Assembly (NCBI RefSeq): GCF_006345805.1
Contig: NC_042998.1
Coordinates: 120,404,001-120,468,000 of the forward strand
DNA: 64,000 nt
Direction: 5' to 3'
Source of the DNA: Octopus sinensis
Lineage: Eukaryota
Positions 27,001 to 39,000 of this stretch are shown one piece after another (the stretch's first letter is position 1; the number at the start of each line of letters is the position of its first letter). The notes below the pieces were generated by a model. The model searched no databases and had not been told where the DNA came from. It saw only the letters and a program-made list of their open reading frames with translations. A program made the translations under genes and the position numbers.

Positions 27001-30000
27001 TTTCACATACGATGTTGACTTAACTACTAATGGACTGATTATATTCACAAGGAAGCAGCTCAGTAGATGACATGCCAAACCTCTACAGCTCACTATAGGT
27101 CTTAATGGAATACCATCCTTATGAACCTTATGAAAACCGTGCATGTGTGGCAGCTTACTGTAGGGTTGGGTCAGTTGTCTGTACTACATTGGTATGAAGT
27201 AATCCTTGTTCTTGATTAAGATCTGTGACGACTTCTTTGTTTTCAGAGTTGGGTCTCCACTATACTATATGCCCACTATGCTATATGGGCATATAGCATA
27301 GTAGATAAGAGCACAGGCTACTAATCCTCAAATTTTGAGTTTAATCTTAAGCAGTGACTTGGGAAATAATATCAACAAAAAACAACATCAGCAAAAAGAA
27401 AAAAGCAAAAGAATACCTTAGGAATGAGAACAGAGTATCCCATTAGTCAAATAAAGGGTTGGGTTCGTAATTTTGCCAGAACACCTGATAAAGGCTGGAA
27501 AGTACATCAGCTGAATCGTTGTGGAAACAACAAACAAGCTTAAGACAACTATCTGTCCATTGTAAATAATGTCAGATCTTTTTCAGAGTTACTGCCCTCC
27601 TCTATGGGTCAGAGGATGGTGTTTCACTTAATCTTCTCAGCTTTGGCATAGTTTCTACATCTGGATGCCCATTTAAATACCAACCGCTTTACAGAATCTA
27701 TTGGGTGCATTTTTTTCATGACACTAGCACTAGTGATGTTGCCTGGTAACTCTGCAAGGGCATAGAACCCTCTCGACTCTGAGAGGCAAAATAAGAGAGA
27801 GGTTGACATAAGTTAATTTAAAGCAGGTGTTAAGGAGTTAAAGTGTGATGGAACATGACTGTTGCTATCAGAGGTTGGTAGAGAAGGGACAATGTTGGAA
27901 GCAAAAGAATACTGCTAGAGACTAGTGGAAGAGAGGAAGAAAGAATAAGAATGGGTGGGATAAATAGAAGATAGTGCTATCCCTCCTTTATTGTATGTGT
28001 GAATATTAGCAAGTGATGGGGCATAAGGGAGATAGATAAGAGGGTGTCATGAAGCCATATGGAGAGAGGTCAGTGAACGAGAGAGATGGAAGAGTATTGA
28101 GATAGCAAAATAACTGGGAAAGTTTCAGGAGACAGTGACAGGATGAGTGCAACAAGAGCATTCCAACTATGATTACTAGGGCAAACTTTGGGAACCTTTA
28201 TGGTGTTGTCCAATATGCTTATTAAAGTCAACAGCTGCAGTGAGATCACTGGTTTTACCATTTGGGTATCATTCTATCTATATGGTATTCCTGCCACTAA
28301 TGCAATAACTGTCAAGGTTCCCATACTTTTTTGTATTTGAAAAAGAAGGTTATGCTCGATGTAATCCTAGATATGCTGTGTCTGGAAAAAAAAAAGGCAG
28401 GTGGACATGTTTGAAATATCTTTGACCATAGGTCTTCTCAATCAGGTCTTACCTGGCACTAAGCAACAGGCATTGTTGTTACTGTATTGAGACGACCACA
28501 AACAATAATTAAAAATCATTGTTTAAATCATATATCTACTCATACTCCACTAATACAGTTCTTTTGGAAAGTTTCAGATCTGTGGTTTAATTTTATTTTG
28601 TAATAAACATCAGCCATAGCTATTCATAGAGAATTCCTCTGGGCATTCTGAATTATTAAATCTGCTATTAGGACTGTTAACTATAAAAAAAATCAAACTT
28701 TTAATATGATCAAGGTTCAGTAACTCTATGTGAGGTGGGTATTAGTACAACTCTATTCCAAAAATAATGAAACAATGAGTGCTAGTTAGAAGTGCTGTCA
28801 GTTGAGATACCAGAAAATGGGGACCTGAGAAAAACTGTTGCGTCAGATCTTGGGAAGTTGTTTTACATAGATGAGATAGGACAAAAATGACAATATATGC
28901 CAAATTTCAGAGAAATGAATGTTAAAACAGTGATGTTCTGATGTATCATTAAGTGCTTCAGAAAGCATTCAAAGATACCCTGACTTTGAAAATGATGACA
29001 GAATTACTTGACAGAATAAAGGTAGTTAGTGAAAAAGAGAAAATAGCCTCCATCAAGTTTATTAATGAAGAATTATCGTTCATGTTAGACTGTGAGGGAG
29101 AATTTTCTTTTTTTGTAGATTGTGATGTCAGTCTCAACATAGCAAGCAGAGGTCTGATGGCTCCCATCATAGCTTGTGGAATAGAGAGAACTCAGTCTTT
29201 ATCTTAGCTAGTGAGTGTTGGCCTTCCTCATAGCCATTGAAAGTGTTGGCCTTCCCCATAGCAATTGAAGGTGTTAGCCTTCACTGTAGCTAGTAGAAGA
29301 GAGCATATTCAACTTTTGACTGTCCTCCCCTGTACTTCTAAAGATTACTGCTGTACCAGCATCTTAGCCATTCAGTTATATCCATAAATTGAATTGAAAA
29401 TGATATCAATTCTTTTTGGTTGTATATTAAACCAGTTTAGAACACAAAAAATGACATCAATGCATTGACCTTGGTACACTTTGTGCTTATATTCTATGAA
29501 TTCTTAGGCTAAATAGATAGCTTAGACATAATTAACTAGTCTATTACCCAGTTCAACTCCTCAGTCATATCATTCTCTAGATATCTTTAGGTCAACTCTG
29601 TAGGCATATCATTTTCTAGATATCTTCTTTCAATCTCTATTGTTTACAGTCTTTAATGATATCATCATAGTTTGAATAGTATTTAGGTTTCTATTTACAA
29701 TATGTGTGCGTGTGTGCGCGTTTAATGAATTACTCCATAATCAGATGGAGAGTGCACTGTAAATGTCTGTAGAAAATATAATTTTTAAAAAATAAAACAC
29801 ACACACACTATATGGTGATGATTGCTGTTGATGACAGTGATGGTAATGACAAAATGTAAAGGTATGCAATAAGATACATGAAGGCATTTAGTCTCCAGTT
29901 TCTGTCAGCACCACCACCACCACCACCATCATTGCTAGATCGTTCAATAAAATTCCATATTGTGTTGATGGCTAGAAAATAAACTCCTTTTATTGCATTA

Positions 30001-33000
30001 ATTATCAATTAATTCAATATAGTAATTGGGATGTATGTAATAATATCATCATCATCACCACCACCACCACTATCAGAAGCAGTTCATTTTCCCAGGCTGG
30101 CTTGGGTTGGACATTTCTCTTTTCTTACTCTGGATGGCTTCATGGAGGTGATGACAAGTGACCAAGACCTTTGGCAATATGATGTGTTTGAGAAGACTCA
30201 ACAAGCCAAGCGAGATTGTAGTCATGGCTATTGCCAGTGTCATGTAAATGGCAGCAGTGCCAGTGGCATGTAAAAGGCACCCATTACATTCTTGGAGTGG
30301 TTGGCATTGGGAAGGGCATCCAGCTGTAGAAACTATGCCAAATTAGACTGGAACCTGGTGCAGCTCTCCAACTTACCAGTTTCAGTCAAATCGTCTAACC
30401 CATGCCAGCATGGAAAGCAAACATTAAATGATGATGATACCTTGCTTTCAGGACATCCACCTCTATTGCTAATTAGGTCACCTAGGTAATAGAAGCTATC
30501 AACTACTTCTAGAGAGCCTTCAAAGCATTTGAAAGAATTTGTTTCTGTTGTCTGCTTTTGAGCATCTGCCACACACAAAGCCTACCCATGCTCCTACTGC
30601 ATCTCTTGTGCACACATGATAATTTACGTTTAGTACACATTACCTGGTTCTTACCTATTCCAAGGCTGAAGTTTCTTCTCTGGTTCCTCTTTTCAAGTTA
30701 CTACTTGAGTGCGTCATTTTTCTAATAATTTTCATCCTCTCACTGATGATGCTTTCACTCATAAGAAGTCTTTCTACTCTAGTAGATTCTTTCCTGTGCT
30801 TCTTATGGAATCCTTCCTTGTTTATATACAATTGTAATTGTTTTAAATCTGTGTTGATCATTTTATGGTTTTCAGGGCAGGTACTCATTAAATATTTTTC
30901 TCTCTTTTCTTTTGTGACTCCCAACAAACCAAGTGGTTATTTAATACCTGTTTTATTGCTGGTTGCTTGTTATCTTGTTGGAAGTGACTTCCAATAAAAT
31001 TTTTATATTAAAGAATCCTCTGATTAGTTGTACTATCTCTCTTACCTACATAACCTGATGGTCCATCATTTTGATGTTTCTCTAGTTGCTTCTTTGTAGA
31101 GTATTTGCTTTGCTTTTGTAGTCATTGTGTATGTCACCTCTTTGTACTACCTGATTGACTATGTGTGAGTAGCATTTGTCTTACTTCATCAGATATTTTC
31201 AGCATCTCAGTGATGAATACCCATAATGGTCCAGTTGCCTTCCTTGTTTCCATATTCTTAATCATGCTTTTAACTAAGAAGCTTTATGTATGTAAATATG
31301 ATACAGATGGAGTGATAAATTGTAAGAGATTAATTTTAAGAGAGCATTATGAATTACAGTAGTGTATGACATGGATGATAAAGAGTGATGATTGGTTGCA
31401 CATAATGGGGATGGTAATGTGTATTGGTTACATACAAATCTAATACAATCCTTCATACTTAGATGTTTTGTTGGGAGAGAAAGATATTATGATAGGGGCA
31501 TTGAGTGCAGACAGGTTCACTGCTGTTTGCATTCTTCAAGTAACATGATGCAATAGAGTGGTTGTCAGAGAGAAGAGCGGATTGGACAGATCGAGTGCCA
31601 TTCCTAGTTATACCGGCTGCATAGTACAATGAAACAGGAGAAAGGGTGGGTGGAAAGAGAATGAGTGGTAGATAGATAGGGAGATAGTAGAGAGATGTGA
31701 GGCTATAAAAGAAGCAGGAGATATCAAATGTAGGCTTAATAAACACATTTGGTGATAAACCCAAAATGTAGGCACCAACATCAGTGAAGACCATCATGTA
31801 ACTTGCCAATCTAAAGTAGCCTCAGAAGCTGAGGGAGAATAGAAGAAAGAGGTGCGATGATTCTAAGCAGAAGTATAAGGTGGGGTAAGATAACAATGTA
31901 GAAATTTAAAGCTCTGCTTTGAAGCAAAACAAAATGCCTTCAGTAGTTTTGAACCTATAACTTGTTCAGTACATTATCCAATTATCTGCTTCTTCATTAT
32001 AACAAAAATATCTACTTATCCCCCCCCCCCCCGTTATTTGTGTTCCCATGTCCTGATACAGTTGTACACTATCAATCCCAAGACTGCCTTACTTCTCTTT
32101 ACTGTTTTTTTTTTTTGTTTCACTTTTGTGTGTTGAGCTATCCAACCCTCATTTTTGATTTCATCCCTGAAGTGAACCCAACACAGTTCTGTTTGTAACA
32201 ATACTAAAATAACTAGTTGCCCACTAACCCATTCTGCTACCATTTTCATAATAGTCATAATCTTAACAACTACCTTTGACTTAAGGAACAACATAAACAT
32301 CATCAGTAGCAGCTGCATACTTATGGTTTCCATGCTGGTATGGGTTGGATGGTTCAACTGGATCTGACAAGTTGGGGGACTGTATCATGCTCCAATGTCT
32401 ACTTTGGCATGCTTTCTACAGATGGAGCCCTTCTTAACACCAACCACTTTACAAATTGTACTGGATGCTTTTTCATGTCACCAGCATCAGTGAAGATTAT
32501 CATGTAACTTGCCAACCTAAGAGTCTAAAGTGGCCCCTATAACTGAGGGAGAATAGAAGAGTGAGGTATGATGATTCTAAGCAGGGGTATAAGGTGGGGC
32601 AAGATAAGAGGAACAGATATATAGTTGTGGTAAAGGAGTAGGTGCTAATTGGTGGGGAGGGGTATGGTAGGAAACAGATAAGGAATTAATGTCGGTGGGG
32701 GGGGGACTTATTGAGAAATGGGTGGAGCAAGTAGAAAGGTGATAGAGTGAGTGGTTGGTTGGTTGGGCACATGAGAATTATTGAGGGGAAGCAGTATAGG
32801 GGCTGTTGGGTTCAGCTAGTGGTGGGGAGAAAGATGAGAAGGGGTGTAGAGTAGGTAAAGTAGCAGTGGGGAGAGAGCAATGAAATAAAATGAGACTGAG
32901 TGTGTGGGGAGCAGTGAGGGAAGGAGAAGAGCAAAGAGAACCCAGACAGGAAGGAAGTAGAGGAAGACATTGGTGCAATGAGCACACTGAGAGGAAGAAA

Positions 33001-36000
33001 AACTTTTGTTACCAGCAGTTGTGATAGCTCCTGAGCCTTTTCTGACTTGTTCTTCTCAATGTAACCAATTCTTCTGCTAACAATGTTCCCTAGTTAACAG
33101 AAGCTATCAACTACGTCTTGTGAGCTGTCTGGATAATACGAGAATTTATTTCTGATGTGCTTATAGTACATATTACTCCAGCACATTTGTCATATTACAA
33201 AGCTTACTTTCTTAGTTAGCCTGCCTATAATTCCACTACACCTCTTATGTGTCCATATTTATGCTGGGTACAGCATGCAGAGTTTATATCTACTCTTTTT
33301 CTGTATACTGAGAAAAGTCATTTCCTTGATGATACTGAGGTCTAGTCTTTTTGCTGGCTTACTAAAACTTTAGTCTTTTCTAAGTTTATCTTGAGGCCTC
33401 TTAATTCTAAGTGTAGTTTCTATGCCTGAAATTTCTTCTCTAATGCCACTGATTTAGCTCTGAGATCTAAATCATCAACATATAGGAGTGAGTCTTGATG
33501 GATCCTTGCTTTCACTTTAAATTTGTCACTGAAATTATTGTTAATTCCCACCTACTACATCTTTGTACATAACCTGTAGAGCCCTTACAAACCATTCATC
33601 TGAACCCAGTTTCCTTAGCACCCATTAAATTACTGAACATTGTATCCTGTCAAAGGTCTTCTCCAAGTCAACAAATTTCAGGAATAATGGTTTAATTTTA
33701 GTCAAGTATCTCACAGTTGCCTCACTAAGAAGATTGCATCAATGGTACCTCTGCCAAGCACAAAGTCAAACTGCATCTCCTTTAGCTTTATTCTGTTACA
33801 GATCAGTTAGGTTATGACTCTATGTTGTTCATAACCTGATCCAGTAGCTTGATTCCTCTTTAATTTCTCTCTCTAAGGCATCTCCTTTGCCCTTGTAGCA
33901 GTTTACAGTGATACATGTATGCCAGCTATTGTGTATGGCTTTTCTCTTGATTAATTATCTGGCTGGTTATCATGTATCAGGGTTATCACTAGATATTTTG
34001 AGCATCTCCTTCACTTCCCCTAATGGCCCTCTACCACAGTATTGTCAACTTGACTTGCTGGTCCCTTCTGTAGGGTCAGCTTGAGGCAGCCTTTCTCTAA
34101 CCCATGCATCCTCAACATTCAACAGTCTCTTACAATAGCACTTCTATACCACTTTTTTGTCTTCAACAGTGATATCAATAATAAAATGTATTATTGCTTT
34201 ATATATTACAACAATGATGGTTTTATTTAACCTTAACACTGGGTTAAACTCATTTAAAAAATCATATTTATTCCTCCTTACTAAGTGACTCCTCATAGTG
34301 ATATTTCTTTGACACTCTCGCCTTCCTCTTTCTAGTTGTCACCAACTACAAATATATTCATGTCATATAAGGCACTTTCCTACCCAGTTATATCCTGATT
34401 TGTGCTGACACAGCCATGATACTAAACATCTATCTTCTACAACAATGGCCAGCCTCTTACTTCCTCCTTCTATTTGGGATTTTTAAAATTATATATAGAG
34501 GAGGGTGGCAGGAGAAGCTGTTACATGGAAACCTTTCTTAGAAATATTAGTGATAAATATGAAATGGTTCCAAGTGAGAGCAAACTAAGTTAATATAGAA
34601 CTTACTGACTATACTTTCAGTCTTTCTTCGATAAAAGTATTTAAAGAACATTTTCTCTTTCTTCTTTGCTTTTAAAAATCTTTCCTCTCCAAAATGATGC
34701 AACATTCCTAAACTTCATCCTCTTATCATGACTCAGCATTTATGATATGTTAAGGTGTGGCACTACCAATCTAAATTGGTAGCACCACACTTCACTTCTA
34801 TATCTTAATGAAAGGATACTTGGCTAAATATTCAGATTTGAATAGTTAAATTTGTTTACGCATTAAGTTGTTGATTTATTTTTAACAAACACAGACACAC
34901 TCATATAACTGACACAAACAGCATATACACTCATACAACACTCACACTCTCATATCTTTATCATATACTATTATACTTTTTTTTTATCTCATCTCTTAAT
35001 GGTATTTAAGCTATGAAGAAGTTATAAGCATTGAATAAAACTGAATAATAAGCATGTTGTGTTGTTTATGTCAGTATTTACATGTTTTAATCCATGTAAA
35101 AATGTGTGTGTGACATTCAAATATATACGTTAAATTTATTTTATTGCAGGACGGGCTCGATGTAATGGTGAATGTGCCAAAGAAAGCTAATGATGCCATG
35201 CATTTAAGCATGCTAGAAGGTTTAGAGGTAAGTTAACCAACAGGTCTTGCATTTTTCCTGCATCCCCTGATGTCTCTGCTTCCAGCAACAATAAAATTCT
35301 ATATACACATTGATTTGATGGGAAAATAACATTTGCAAGCTCTGTCAGACCTATACAAACAGCAACAAGAATGCCACAATTCTGACAGCTGACTGAATAA
35401 CAACAACAGCAGTGTTAATGCGCTGTCAAGTTGGACTTTTGATATCAAATATAACATTGGCCATCTACATTCTGAAACTTTTACTTGTGGTCACAAATAA
35501 CCATGGGAACAGGGTGCTGAACTACCAACCAAGACATCACTGGTTCTTGTCATGGCTTTAACACTGTGATTGTATCATGCCTTCATGGCCAAGGAGTAAA
35601 GTACTCGAACTACTGACTGAAAAATCAGTGGTTCATATCCTTTCAATGGTACTGGTTGAGTTCCTGGGCAAAAATACTTATCTTAAATGGCTTAGTCAAT
35701 CTAGTTGTAAATAGATACCACAGAGTAGGAACAACTATTTGTTGTTAGTTTGCAGTGTCATAAAACATGAAATATTGGTACTTTCTGAGTGTCAGTAACT
35801 TCTAATATCCATCAATTTCTGTGGTGAATGATGGTCACTTTCATGTTGATGTGCCCAAGATACACAACATAAAATTTTAGTCAACAGGGCTATCATGTTG
35901 AGAGACTTATTAGTTTTTCTCTTTATCTATGATTTCTTGCTCATACACAAGCTGACATATTTGGTTGTGATGCTTGTGCCTTTCTCTAAGATATTAGTGA

Positions 36001-39000
36001 TGGAATTGATGTAAATTTGCTTTGGTTGAGAATTGAAATCAGTTTCATTGTTCAGCAGAAACTCATTTCTTCTTTACATCATTTTATTACCTTCTGTATT
36101 ATAATTGATTTTCAAAGAACAAAGAAACACTTTAAATATCTCTGATACCTCATTGTTTGTTAGTAGCAAGCAATATTCATCAGAGGGGAGGTGTGTAACC
36201 CTATGTCTTCAGGAAATAAACTAGCAGCTCTGAATTTTTTTAAGGATTGTTGTTATGAATGAAACTAGTTTACTTTCAGGAATCAAAACTGGTCCATGAC
36301 ATCAGTTTTCCAACCTATCACTGTATTGTTGACAGCAGATACCAAATATTCTGGCTAGAAATATTACTTATTACTTTCATTGTGTGTGTGTGTGTGTGTG
36401 TTACAGTATCACAGGATTGACCAGACTCTGGGATGTTGTTATACATCCCTGATCACAATGCACTTTGTATTGTTTTAGCCTTCAAATGATGCCACCCCAC
36501 TGGCTAGGTGAGCAATGAAACAGAAGACTAGTCCAAATAAATCAGTGTGTAATGATGTTAATTTGTCAAAAATACTTATATATAACTCGGCCTTGATTTT
36601 TAGTTTTTTTTTTTTTTTGTCAAAATGTTATTTTTAGTGTAAAATATTTCACGTGTTAAATTGTGTTTCTTACATTTTTCCTGATATTTCTTTGTAGGAT
36701 AATTTAGAAGCTTTAGGTGAAGTACTTTTACAAGATAACTTCACAGTCTGGGAACCAAAGAACTTGATAAAGAAAGGAAGAGAGAGACGTATCTTCTTAT
36801 TTGAGATGTGTCTCGTCTTTGCTAAAGAAATTAAAGACAGTAATGGAAAATCAAAATATATGTATAAAACCAAGTTACTTGTAAGTATATTTCTGTTACT
36901 TTGATTTTTAACAATAGAGTTTCAATACAAAAAATGGATTCTTGATGGAAGGTTATTTCAATTAAATTTACTTGTCAGAAATTATATTTAATTTTCCTTT
37001 ACCTTATTTAATAATGTTTTCTCATTTAGCTGCAAGATCACAAACTTTTGGCTGTAATGAAAATGAGAGTGTGTGATATTAATGCATTTCTCAAAAACTT
37101 TAAGCGAAGTATTTCATTCTTGTATGTGGTTTGCAAGATTCTCAATGTAAACTTCTGTGTTGAAGCAGATCTTGTATATTGGGAGGGTCATTTTGCCAAT
37201 AATAAACACACATACACTGGTTCTGTCTCATTTCTTTATTATTCATTAATTGATTAGCCATTCAACCAATTAACTAATCAATTATAGGGTTAATCATTCA
37301 GTTAACCAATCAATCAGCTATTGTTGTAAAGTCATTTTGTTGCCATTAGCGGCATTCTTAAGCTGATCTGAAGCAGAGAGAGTATGTTATTGAAGAGGTT
37401 GTGAATGAAACAAAAGGACTTTTTTCATCATTCTCATCATTTAATATCCTCATTCCATCATAGATTGAGTGATTAACTGGTTAATTAGTTGGTTAAGTAG
37501 TCGACAATTATTAATCACTGATGGTAGTGAATTTGTAAATAAAAAAGTTTGTGATATTTACTTTGGCTCTTTATGTTCCAGTTTCAAATCTTGTCATGGT
37601 CAACTTCACCTTTTATGCCTCTGGAGTTGATAAAATAAAGTAACCAGTCAATTTGATTAACTAACCTCTCCTTCAAAATTTTAAGCCTTGTACCTATATA
37701 AGAAGCAATTGTTAGTCATTAAAAGATTTTGTTGGAATTTCTCTTTTTCTTCAGCAATAACACAGGGATCAGATGTTTCTTTGCATCTGGTCATGGACCT
37801 AATATTATCAGTAAAGTCATTTATAGTATCATCTTTAAGGAACTTCTACTGATAAAAAATGTGACACTTATAATAATTATCTCTATACACACACACACCA
37901 ACACAGCAGGAAAATCTCAGACTTCTGTTATTAAGATATATTTCTAGTATTTTCATTATCCCTTTATATGATAATGTATTTTGTGCTAGGATTCCATAGC
38001 AGTGAATACAAGAAACAGAAATGATGTATGAGATAATAGAGAAGAATCTTAAGAGTTACACTGTGAATGTGATGTTTTTTATCAGCCTTCCCTTCTGAAA
38101 CCCTGCTGAAAAGAATGTATGGAAAGCTTCTTTAGCTTTTCTTTCTAGTTGGTTGTCATTTAATTCCAAATCAGTCTTGGTTTAGTAGACTTATGGCCAT
38201 AAGCATTCTCTCTGACCATTTAGAAATATGTAGGACCACTTTATTTAATGTATCCTTTCCTTATTTAAGATGTTGGAATGTGTAAGGTGATGGAGATTTG
38301 TCTACTATTTCTAGCATATTGAGCAACCACACAGTCCCCCCTCCCTAGCTCCAATGTCATTGTTTTTCTTATAGCAATGAGAAAGGGGAAAAGATATTTC
38401 AAGGAAGAAACTACTTGACCTAGATTAAACTGATTTGATTAAAGAGAGCAACCTGGACATTTGTCAGTTAGCTGGATGAAGAAATAAGCAGCTGTAATAT
38501 ATACCTTTATGTAAAAGAATGTTACCTCCTACTGATGGCTCTAAGAACCATTTTCTACTTCAGTCTTGTCTGATCTTTCTTACAAATAGTCTTTAAAGCA
38601 AGCAATCAACATTCTTGAAAATAGACTTCTTTTCTTCCTCCCATTTAGATACTGAAAGAAAATACATTTACATTTTTGAACATTATTTTCCAGTTTATGT
38701 AAAATATTAAGTATTGCACAAGCCAGTTAATGGATAGTGTCATTTAGGCATCAGCTAAAATACCTTGAGATATTTGTTCCAGCTTTCTGCACTCAAATTA
38801 CACCATGATCAGTTTTACCGTTCTTCCCTTTAGGGTTAATAAATATAGCGCCAGTCAGCTACTAGGGCTATTTTCCCTCTCACTCTCTCTCAAACCTGTT
38901 AGCAACTAAACTGAAGAAATTAAGAAAGGAGTGTCTCCCCAGTCCTTTCATTATCAGTGTGAACTTAGAACGTTTGACTGGATGCACATCATAATATATT

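Noticed and set aside
27287-27358. Functional tRNA gene
   Set aside because: The acceptor, anticodon and T stems do not pair properly and it is fused to a repeat body. It is a tRNA-derived head only.
31773-32608. ~120-bp direct repeat (31773-31892 and 32479-32608) as LTRs or a large TSD
   Set aside because: Both are the same internal segment of the RTE-tail family, so they are two neighbouring copies rather than element ends.
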